NCBI GenBank assembly: GCA_963704705.1
Contig: OY969931.1
Location: 690,001 to 722,000, forward strand
From: an uncultured bacterium
GTDB taxonomy: Bacteria; Patescibacteriota; Gracilibacteria; UBA1369; PNNO01
Direction of reading: 5' to 3'
Length of the DNA: 32,000 bases
Position numbers and translations under genes: made by a program. Shown piece by piece: positions 1 through 7,674 of this stretch. The notes beneath the pieces are model-generated. The model was not told the DNA's origin. It did no database searches and saw only the letters and a program-made list of their open reading frames with translations. The stretch's first letter is position 1, and each line of letters starts with the position of its first letter.

Positions 1-664
1 AAACGTAATAAATACCGATATCTTTAAATTTAATAACATCATCAAATTTATTGTTTTCTAAATTTATAAAACCTTCATTTAATACTTTTTCCGATTCCAA
101 TGAGAGTTTTACCCTGTAAAATATTTTATTAACATCAGTAAAAGCAAAACCTTTTAATCTTAAACCTTTTTTAAATTTAACCCTATTAGGAATTTTTTTA
201 TTGAAAATCAAATCTCGCGCAGCAAAATTTTGTGTATAGTAAAAGGTTTGATCTATACTTTTAATGATCCCGATACCAACAGTATTATAGTGTTTATTTA
301 AAATATTTGCTCTGTGGCCCGGACTGTTCATCAGGCCAATTTCAGCTCTCACAACCGGATTTTTGAATCCTCTTATTTTAGCTAGATTTTCACCTGCAAC
401 CACATCGGTAATTCTTGCTTTATCTAATCTGTCGAATGGTGTTTGGCCCAATATATTTTCATGTTCAAAATAAGACTTTCTCGCCATATCTTTACTGTGT
501 TTTCTGGCAACCTCTCTTAAATCCTGTTGCATACGCAATTTTCCCAAGCTATTTCTTTTTCGGTCTTTATTAAGTAATTTAAGCATCTTCCACTCCATTG
601 TCTTTAATGAACGTGGAAGAAAGATAAATCTAAAAATGTATTTTATATGTTCCCAAAATGTCAT
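1..664 (-). CDS. CAP/SCP (PR-1 family) domain protein, partial (runs off left edge)
   Basis: Minus-strand open frame from ATG at 662-664, not in the supplied track because it leaves the window; hand translation contains ...MARKSYFEHENILGQTPFDRL...GENLAKIRG...MNSPGHRANILNKHYNTVGIGI..., matching the CAP signature (GHRxNIL). Confidence 0.82.
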   Translation of the reverse strand, partial: MTFWEHIKYIFRFIFLPRSLKTMEWKMLKLLNKDRKRNSLGKLRMQQDLREVARKHSKDMARKSYFEHENILGQTPFDRLDKARITDVVAGENLAKIRGFKNPVVRAEIGLMNSPGHRANILNKHYNTVGIGIIKSIDQTFYYTQNFAARDLIFNKKIPNRVKFKKGLRLKGFAFTDVNKIFYRVKLSLESEKVLNEGFINLENNKFDDVIKFKDIGIYYV

Positions 665-1870
665 TTAAACATTTTTTAATATATGACCCATTTTTTCTTT
701 TTTTGTTTGCAGATATTTATGATTTCTTTTATTCGGCGTTATCTCCAGAGGAATCCTTTTGTTTATTTTAAGACCATAACCTTCCAAACCAATAACTTTT
801 TTTGGATTATTAGTTAAAAGATCAATATTTTGAACTCCCAAATCTACCAATATTTGTGCTCCAATGCCATATTCTCTTAGATCTTCATCAAATCCCAGCA
901 TTTTATTTGCTTCAACTGTATCGTAACCCTGATCCTGCAAATTATAAGCTTTGATTTTGTTAATCAAGCCGATTCCACGACCTTCATGTCTTAAATAAAC
1001 CAATACACCTGATTTAGATTTCTGAATCAATTCAAGACTTTTAACCAGCTGACTATTACAATCACATCTTAATGATTTAAAAAGATCACCTGTCATACAT
1101 TCGGAATGGACTCGCACTAAAGTAGATTTTTGTTTGTTTATAGATCCTTTTTTAAGTACAACATGTTCTTTATCATTAATAAGATCTTTATAAATAATTA
1201 AATCAAACTCACCATATTCAGTAGGTAATTTAGCTTCGGCTGCCCGTTCTATTAATTTATCAGTTTTCCTTCTGTAAGCTATTAAATCGGCAATTGTTAT
1301 CATTTTAAGATTATGTTTTTGTGCAAATTTAACCAAATCTTTTTGACGAGCCATTTCTCCATCATCGCGCATAATTTCACAAATTGCTGCGCAAGGTTTT
1401 TTACCGGCTAAATTCATTAAATCTATCGCAGCTTCAGTATGGCCGGCTCTCACTAGAACCCCGCCTGCTTTCGAAATTAAAGGAAATATATGTCCGGGTT
1501 TTGAAAAATCTTCTGATTTAGACTTTGGGTTAGCAAGTGTTTTAATGGTAATCGCTCTGTCAGAAGCTGAAATTCCGGTTGTTACACCTTTTTTAGCGTC
1601 AATTGTTACTGTAAAATTACACCTGGTAAATTCTTCATTATTTTCCACCATTAATGGCAGCTTCAATTTTTTTGCTTTTTCATAAGATAGGGGAGCACAG
1701 AGTAAACCGCGTCCTTCTTTAATCATAAAATTGATCTTATCTGCTGTAATATCTTCAGAAGAACAAATAAGATCACCCTCGTTTTCCCGGTCTTTACTAT
1801 CGACTACTATAATAATCTCACCATTTTTTATGGCTTTTATAGCATCCTCGATAGGAGATAATTTATTCAT
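665..1870 (-). CDS. ribAB: Bifunctional 3,4-dihydroxy-2-butanone-4-phosphate synthase / GTP cyclohydrolase II
   Basis: N-terminal DHBP synthase motifs ([23 protein letters not shown]) followed by GTPCH II motifs ([29 protein letters not shown]). Confidence 0.95.
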   Translation of the reverse strand: MNKLSPIEDAIKAIKNGEIIIVVDSKDRENEGDLICSSEDITADKINFMIKEGRGLLCAPLSYEKAKKLKLPLMVENNEEFTRCNFTVTIDAKKGVTTGISASDRAITIKTLANPKSKSEDFSKPGHIFPLISKAGGVLVRAGHTEAAIDLMNLAGKKPCAAICEIMRDDGEMARQKDLVKFAQKHNLKMITIADLIAYRRKTDKLIERAAEAKLPTEYGEFDLIIYKDLINDKEHVVLKKGSINKQKSTLVRVHSECMTGDLFKSLRCDCNSQLVKSLELIQKSKSGVLVYLRHEGRGIGLINKIKAYNLQDQGYDTVEANKMLGFDEDLREYGIGAQILVDLGVQNIDLLTNNPKKVIGLEGYGLKINKRIPLEITPNKRNHKYLQTKKEKMGHILKNV

Positions 1871-1872
1871 TA

Positions 1873-2460
1873 TTAAATAGCGTATCTAACAAATTTCTCT
1901 AACTTAATATTTTCACCTATTTTAGTAATTGAATCAGTTAATAATTGTTCAATTGTTATTTCAGGATTTTTAACAAATGGCTGTTGCATCAAAGAAACCT
2001 CATCTCTGAATTTATTTTCTTTTCCAATCATAATCTGATCCCACATTTTTTCAGGTTTACCTTCTTCTTTTAATTGTTCTCTCCAGATTTCTTTTTCCTT
2101 TTCAATCAGTTCTTCAGGTACTTCATCAGGATTTATATACATTGGCGCAGTTGCAGCAATATGCATAGCAATATCTTTTGCAAGGTTTTTAAAGTCATCA
2201 TTTTTTGCAACGAAATCAGTTTCGCAGGCTAAATGCACCATTACGCCCAATTTAAAGTTTGGATGAATATAAGAAATTATAACTCCCTGGCCAGTAGTGC
2301 GTTCTGATCGTTTTGCAGCTTTAGCTACACCTTTTTTCCTTAGTAAATCAACTGCTTTATCCATATCTCCTTTTGTTTCATTTAAAGCTTCTTTACAAGA
2401 CATCATTGATACCCCGGTAATTTCACGAAGTTCTTTAATTTGTTCAACAGTAACATTCAT
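1873..2460 (-). CDS. tsf: Translation elongation factor Ts (short form)
   Basis: [44 protein letters not shown]...[12 protein letters not shown]; C-term [14 protein letters not shown]. Confidence 0.96.
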   Translation of the reverse strand: MNVTVEQIKELREITGVSMMSCKEALNETKGDMDKAVDLLRKKGVAKAAKRSERTTGQGVIISYIHPNFKLGVMVHLACETDFVAKNDDFKNLAKDIAMHIAATAPMYINPDEVPEELIEKEKEIWREQLKEEGKPEKMWDQIMIGKENKFRDEVSLMQQPFVKNPEITIEQLLTDSITKIGENIKLEKFVRYAI

Positions 2461-2484
2461 GTTATCGAAAAGTTAAGTATATAA

Positions 2485-3132
2485 TTATTGTTTTGGCTCT
2501 TCTGGTTTTTCAGCAGGAGGCTGTGTTTGTGGTGCCTCAGGTTGCTCTGGTTGTGCGGCTGGCTGCTCAGGAGTTTGAGGCTGCTGCGCTGGTGCAGCTT
2601 GTTCCTGACCAGGCTTTTGCGGTTCAACTGGATTTTTCCCGGTCATAGATCCTACAATTGCATTAACAGGTACATTTTTAGCTAAACCTGTAAGTATAGG
2701 AACTTTTAGTTCATAACTAGAAATAGCTTTAATAATTCCAAATACTGCTAACACTGTAATAACCAACATTAATAATCCTCCAACCACACTAAATATCGAT
2801 CCAATTGCCAATAAAATTAATCCAATAAACCAAAAAACGAATAATAGAAGTCCCTGCGATGCATGATGTTTACAAAATTCACTTTTTGGTTTCATAGCTA
2901 AAGTAACAACACCTAAGAATGCAATATAACCTATTGCTGCCCACATTCTTTCATCCTGACTTGTTTTTATTGGTTGTTCTGCTGGCTTTGCCGGTTGTGC
3001 AGGTTGTGCTGGTTGTGCAGGTTGTGCTGGTTGCTCAGGTTGAGCTGACTGCTCAGGCTGCGCTGGTGCTTGCTGTTCAGTTTGCATAGGTTCAGTTGGT
3101 TGTACTTGTTGAGGCTGATTATCTTCAAACAT
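2485..3132 (-). CDS. DUF4870-like membrane protein with Pro/Gln/Ala-rich low-complexity termini
   Basis: Central hydrophobic segments with DERMWAAIGYIAFLGVVTLAMKPKSEFCKHHASQGLLLFVFWFIG (DUF4870-like) flanked by QPAQPAQPAQPA and PEQPAAQPEQPEAPQTQ tracts. Confidence 0.7.
   Translation of the reverse strand: MFEDNQPQQVQPTEPMQTEQQAPAQPEQSAQPEQPAQPAQPAQPAQPAKPAEQPIKTSQDERMWAAIGYIAFLGVVTLAMKPKSEFCKHHASQGLLLFVFWFIGLILLAIGSIFSVVGGLLMLVITVLAVFGIIKAISSYELKVPILTGLAKNVPVNAIVGSMTGKNPVEPQKPGQEQAAPAQQPQTPEQPAAQPEQPEAPQTQPPAEKPEEPKQ
2985..3072 (-). repeat. Degenerate 9-bp tandem repeat (ggttgtgcw) encoding QPA repeats
   Basis: Visible units ggttgtgca/ggttgtgct in tandem within the DUF4870-like ORF. Confidence 0.75.
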
Positions 3133-3164
3133 GAGTTTTAGAGTTAATAGATAAATTTATATTT

Positions 3165-3890
3165 TTAAGATTTTGTTGATTTGCTTTGCGCATTTAGTAT
3201 TGCGTCTTCAACTTTCGTTAAAAAATATTTTAAAGATTTAACCGCATCATCATTACCTGGAATTGGATAATCAATTTCATCAGGATTTGCGTTTGAATCT
3301 GTAATTGAAATGATTGGGATGTTTAATTTTTTTGCTTCATTTACAGCAATATGGTCTCTAACACAATCAACTACAAAAAGTACATCAGGTCTTTTTTTCA
3401 TATTCCTAAGTCCACTGAAAGCGATTGAAAGTTTTTCCAGTTCCTTTTTAAAATCACTTGCTTCTTTCTTGGTATATTTTTCCAATTCACCTGCTTTTGT
3501 TTTTTCTTCCAATTCAACAAAATGAACTATTCTTTTTTTAACAGTTGAAAAATTGGTTAATAAACCACCAATCCATTTATGTGTAACATAAGGCATATTG
3601 CATTTTTTTGCAGTGCTTTCAAGAGGCGTTGCTGCCTGTTGCTTGGTACTTACAAACAGTATGGTTTTACCTTCCTGAACTGATTTTCTAATAAAATTCA
3701 GAGCATTTTGAAGATTTTCGAATGTTTTTTGTAAATCAAAAATATGAATTCCATCTCTGACGCCGTATAAATAGCGTTTCATTCGTGGATTCCATTTTTG
3801 TGTTTGATGCCCGAAATGAACAGCATTGGCTAGCATCTCTTTTAATTCAGCTTGTGACATATCCTTGGGGTTAACGCCTAGCTTTTTCAT
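3165..3890 (-). CDS. rpsB: 30S ribosomal protein uS2
   Basis: LANAVHFGHQTQKWNPRMKRYLYGVRDGIHIFDLQKT...THKWIGGLLTNF...PDVLFVVD...IPIISITDSNANPDEIDYPIPGNDDA. Confidence 0.97.
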   Translation of the reverse strand: MKKLGVNPKDMSQAELKEMLANAVHFGHQTQKWNPRMKRYLYGVRDGIHIFDLQKTFENLQNALNFIRKSVQEGKTILFVSTKQQAATPLESTAKKCNMPYVTHKWIGGLLTNFSTVKKRIVHFVELEEKTKAGELEKYTKKEASDFKKELEKLSIAFSGLRNMKKRPDVLFVVDCVRDHIAVNEAKKLNIPIISITDSNANPDEIDYPIPGNDDAVKSLKYFLTKVEDAILNAQSKSTKS

Positions 3891-3891
3891 T

Positions 3892-3927
3892 TTGCAGGAA
3901 TGCCTTGCTGGAAGGAGGATACTGCAA
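3892..3927 (-). promoter_or_regulatory. Candidate hairpin directly upstream of the rpsB start codon
   Basis: Minus-strand RNA TTGCAG-TATCCT-CCTT-CCAGC-AAGG-CATTC-CTGCAA ending 1 nt before the ATG; outer stem 6 bp, inner stem CCTT/AAGG. Confidence 0.4.
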
Positions 3928-3999
3928 TCTAAAGTTAGACTGGAATTAAATACGTGCCTACTGTAATATAAGAATTAAGCAATTGCAAGTTAAAAATAT

Positions 4000-4257
4000 A
4001 TGATAATGATCAATGAATTAAGGAAAAAAATTGACAAAGTTGATAGAAAAATTGCAAAACAACTTTTAAAACGTTACAAAGTAATAACTAAAATAGCTCA
4101 AATAAAACAAAAAAATCAAATGCCGGTTCACAATAAATCCCGTGAAGATAAACATTTACAAGATATTTTAAATAATTTTACTGATAAAAAAAACTTTAAA
4201 AATTATTTATCAAAAATTTTTCATGAAATTTTTAGAATATCCCGTGATATTCAATAG
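4000..4257 (+). CDS. Chorismate mutase type II-like small protein
   Basis: 85 aa helical protein: INELRKKIDKVDRKIAKQLLKRYKVITKIAQIKQKNQMPVHNKSREDKHL, the AroQ-class pattern. Confidence 0.75.
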   Translation: MIMINELRKKIDKVDRKIAKQLLKRYKVITKIAQIKQKNQMPVHNKSREDKHLQDILNNFTDKKNFKNYLSKIFHEIFRISRDIQ

Positions 4258-4316
4258 CTATTGTTTACAAAACGTTAAAAAATTGATATAATAAATAAAG
4301 CATTTACGGAATAAAC

Positions 4317-4853
4317 ATGTCTGATAATTATCAAAAAGAAAAACAAAAACCACTGAAAATAGAAATTTCAATGCCAACCCATGCTTATTTTTTATCAGGA
4401 GTAAGGGATTTTACGCTTACTTTAATAAAAAATACTACTGAATTTTCTGAACAATGGGCATATCGATTTCAATCCGTAATCGACGAATTGTGCAGTAACG
4501 CAATTGAATTTGGTGCTAAAGATGGAGATACAATCAAAATTACATATAAATATAATCCTGGTGACAGTATTGAAATTTTAGTTGAAGATCCCGGAACCGG
4601 AAAAGGTAATCTAAAAGCTGATGAAATTAAAAAAATCATCGAGGAAAGATCAAAAAAAGAATTTAATTTGCATGAAATAAGGGGCAGGGGATTACCTAAA
4701 ATTGTGAAGGAATGGACAGATGAACTCGACTTTACTGACAGCCCAAAAGGTGGAATAATAGTAAGAGTAAAAAAATATTTGAATGACATTAAAACAAAAG
4801 AATTGCAACAGGGATTATCACTTGCAGGCGACCAAACACATATAGTAGTTTAA
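4317..4853 (+). CDS. RsbW/SpoIIAB-like serine kinase / HATPase_c anti-sigma factor-type protein
   Basis: VIDELCSNAIEFGAKDGDTIKITYKYNPGDSIEILVEDPGTGK...EIRGRGLPKIVKEWTDELDF: N-box and G-box arrangement of RsbW-type ATPases. Confidence 0.82.
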   Translation: MSDNYQKEKQKPLKIEISMPTHAYFLSGVRDFTLTLIKNTTEFSEQWAYRFQSVIDELCSNAIEFGAKDGDTIKITYKYNPGDSIEILVEDPGTGKGNLKADEIKKIIEERSKKEFNLHEIRGRGLPKIVKEWTDELDFTDSPKGGIIVRVKKYLNDIKTKELQQGLSLAGDQTHIVV

Positions 4854-4877
4854 ATATATCAATAACCTAATTAAAAT

Positions 4878-5252
4878 ATGGCTACTCCTATAGAACTTAC
4901 AATATCAGATGTAGAATCTTCTAAACCTGAAACTTTAGTCAAATTAATTAAAATTGTCGGTCAACTAGATGAAAGTAATGTTGATGAAGAGGCAAAAAAA
5001 ATATATGACCTCATCGAACAGAACCCTAAAAACTTAAATTTGATATTGGATTTTGAAGGCCTTGAATATATGAATAGTAAATCAATTGGTTATTTAACTG
5101 ATTGGTACGGAAAAGTTTATGAAAATGGAGGAAAAGTACTTATTGCAAATGCAAAACCTAATATTTTAGATATTTTAGAGGTTGTTGGATTAACTCAGCT
5201 TATTAAAAATTATCCGAGTACTGAAGAGGCAAAAGCAGCTTTACTGGTATAA
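4878..5252 (+). CDS. STAS-domain protein (anti-anti-sigma factor-like)
   Basis: LILDFEGLEYMNSKSIGYLTDWYGKVYENGGKVLIANAKPNILDILEVVGLTQLI is a STAS pattern with the conserved serine (MNSKSIG). Confidence 0.82.
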   Translation: MATPIELTISDVESSKPETLVKLIKIVGQLDESNVDEEAKKIYDLIEQNPKNLNLILDFEGLEYMNSKSIGYLTDWYGKVYENGGKVLIANAKPNILDILEVVGLTQLIKNYPSTEEAKAALLV

Positions 5253-6440
5253 ATGAGTATCACAATTTTATGGATAATTAGTATAGTATTAGCCTTTGTG
5301 CCAGCAGTTGTATGGCTCTGGATTCTTCTTCGAGATAGAAAAAGTAGCAAATTAATGCTTCTTTTAATATTTTCAGGAGGTATTTTAGCTGTATTCGGTG
5401 TTTTTACTGTACAATATTTATTTGAATTATACCCTATTATTGACCCTTTTTTATGGGTAAGCGAACATATTGAGAATCCAACTTATTATTTTGTTGGAAT
5501 ATTTATTTTAGTGGGTGTTTTTGAAGAATTGTTTAAACAATTCATGGTTAGATATGTTGATTCGAAAAAAGTACTTATACAAACAGTTAATGATTCCATA
5601 AGATTTAGTTTGGTTGCTGCATTGGGCTTTGCCTTCGCAGAAAACATTTTTTATTTTAAAACTGTACTTTTAACTTCACCAATCCAGGAAGTTGTAGTTA
5701 CATTCTTGTTTAGGTCGATTTTTACTGCTGCAGCACATATGATCTTTTCAGGAATATTTGGTATGTTCTTTGGTATCGGAAAATTTTCAATTGATATTTC
5801 AAGGTATAGACATTGGGAAGGGAAGATTTATTTAGGCCCTCATATTATTGGTAGAATTTTCAATATACCTTTTGCACAGGCATTTAAAGAATGGAAAATA
5901 TTAGAAGGTTTGCTGATTGCGATATTTATGCATGCAACATTTAATTTCTTATTGGAAATGAACCAGGTAATTCCAGTTATTATACTTGTTGCTATTTCAT
6001 TCACTTATTTATTTTATTTGTTAAAAAGGAAAGCCGGCAATTTGATATTGGTAACAGATATATCAAAAAAGAGAACTTCGAAAATGCCAAAAAAAGATAT
6101 TGATATTGTATTGGAATTGATGGGTATGTGGTTCGATCAAAAAAAATATGTTGATGTTATACATATATGTGAACGGTTGCTTGAGAGAGATCCTGACAAT
6201 AATGTAATAAAACTATTCAAGGCTAAAGCTCAGGATAAGATCGACCCTGAAAATCCTTATAATAAAGCTCTAGACGCCATATTAGGTAAAGACAGATCTC
6301 AAAAAGATGTGAATACAATCACTTATTATCGTCAAAAACAGGAAGCTGAAAACAAGAATATATCCGAAGAGGAAAAAGAAAAGCTAAGACAAGAATTTTT
6401 GGAAAGAAAGAAAAAGCAGGAAAAATTTTATAAGTTGTAA
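5253..6440 (+). CDS. PrsW-family intramembrane metalloprotease with cytosolic C-terminal extension
   Basis: Multiple TM helices with GVFEELFKQF (EExxK), GFAFAENIFYF (FxxxE), AAHMIFSG and HATFNFLL motifs; TPR-like/charged tail of about 160 aa. Confidence 0.82.
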   Translation: MSITILWIISIVLAFVPAVVWLWILLRDRKSSKLMLLLIFSGGILAVFGVFTVQYLFELYPIIDPFLWVSEHIENPTYYFVGIFILVGVFEELFKQFMVRYVDSKKVLIQTVNDSIRFSLVAALGFAFAENIFYFKTVLLTSPIQEVVVTFLFRSIFTAAAHMIFSGIFGMFFGIGKFSIDISRYRHWEGKIYLGPHIIGRIFNIPFAQAFKEWKILEGLLIAIFMHATFNFLLEMNQVIPVIILVAISFTYLFYLLKRKAGNLILVTDISKKRTSKMPKKDIDIVLELMGMWFDQKKYVDVIHICERLLERDPDNNVIKLFKAKAQDKIDPENPYNKALDAILGKDRSQKDVNTITYYRQKQEAENKNISEEEKEKLRQEFLERKKKQEKFYKL

Positions 6441-6488
6441 AACATTTAGAATTATATATCATATTAAAGCAGTATTTATGCTTTTTTT

Positions 6489-7607
6489 ATGAAACTTTCA
6501 AATTTAAAAATAGCAATTGTTTGTGATTGGTTAACTAATTTTGCAGGTGCAGAAAGAGTGATTCTCAAATTACATAAAATGTTTCCCAATGCTCCCATTT
6601 ATACTTCTGTTTACAATGCAGAAAAAATGCCTGAATTTAAGGATGCTTTAATCTTTACTTCTTTTTTGCAGAAATATCCAAAGGCAAATGAAAAGCATCA
6701 ATGGTATTTACCCTTTTACCCTTTGGCATTTGAACAATTTGATTTAAGTTCATATGACATTGTTATTTCCAGCTGCCATTGTGCTTCCAAAGGCATTATC
6801 ACCAAACCTCAAACTATGCATGTTAGTTATTGTCATTCTCCAATGAGATATGCTTGGGATAATTCTCATGAATACTTAAGAACATATAAACTACCTTGGC
6901 CAATAAGCCATTTTATACCCAAATTAATCCACAAAATACGCATGTGGGATCGTTTGGCAGCTGATAGAGTCGATCATTTTCTAACTAATTCTAAATTTGT
7001 AAAAAAACGTATTAAAAAATACTATAAACGCGATTCAGAAGTCATTTATCCAATGGTAAATGTTCAAGATTTTTTTATAACTCCGGGAAAAAAAGACTAT
7101 TATCTTGCAGTAGGCAGATTTACCCCATATAAAAAATTTGATTTAATTATTGATACATTTAATGAACTTCCTTATAAACTTAAAATAATCGGCACTGGAA
7201 AGCAGGAAAAAGAATTAAAAGCAAAAGCTAAAAAGAACATAGAATTTTTAGGCAGGGTTTCTGAAGCAAAACTACGTGAAACATATGCCAATGCAAAAGC
7301 ACTTGTTTTTCCGCAAGTTGAAGATTTTGGCATTACACCGCTTGAATCAATGGCATCAGGCAGACCAGTTATTGCCTTTGCTGCTGGCGGGGCGTTGGAA
7401 ACAGTAAAAGATGGACAAACCGGTATATATTTTAACGAACAAAATGTAGCGAGTTTAAAAGCTGCTGTTATTCAATGTGAAAAAACAACCTGGAAGCCAA
7501 AAGTAATCAGAAATTATATTAAAAAATTTGATGAATCTTTATTTGAGAAAGAATTAAGAAAATATTTGATTGAAAATTATGACAAATGGATTAAAAAAAT
7601 GTGCTAA
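6489..7607 (+). CDS. Glycosyltransferase family 4
   Basis: GAERVILKLHKMFPNAPIYTS...YYLAVGRFTPYKKFDLIIDTFN...ALVFPQVEDFGITPLESMASGRPVIAFAAGGALETV, GT4 fold motifs. Confidence 0.9.
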   Translation: MKLSNLKIAIVCDWLTNFAGAERVILKLHKMFPNAPIYTSVYNAEKMPEFKDALIFTSFLQKYPKANEKHQWYLPFYPLAFEQFDLSSYDIVISSCHCASKGIITKPQTMHVSYCHSPMRYAWDNSHEYLRTYKLPWPISHFIPKLIHKIRMWDRLAADRVDHFLTNSKFVKKRIKKYYKRDSEVIYPMVNVQDFFITPGKKDYYLAVGRFTPYKKFDLIIDTFNELPYKLKIIGTGKQEKELKAKAKKNIEFLGRVSEAKLRETYANAKALVFPQVEDFGITPLESMASGRPVIAFAAGGALETVKDGQTGIYFNEQNVASLKAAVIQCEKTTWKPKVIRNYIKKFDESLFEKELRKYLIENYDKWIKKMC

Positions 7608-7674
7608 TATGTTTACTTAACCCTATATTTGTAGTATAATAAAGATAGTTTAAAATAAAAATAACAATAAAAAA

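Noticed and set aside
2488-2685. 65-aa plus-strand Leu/Trp-rich ORF
   Set aside because: Antisense shadow of a Pro/Gln-rich low-complexity segment.
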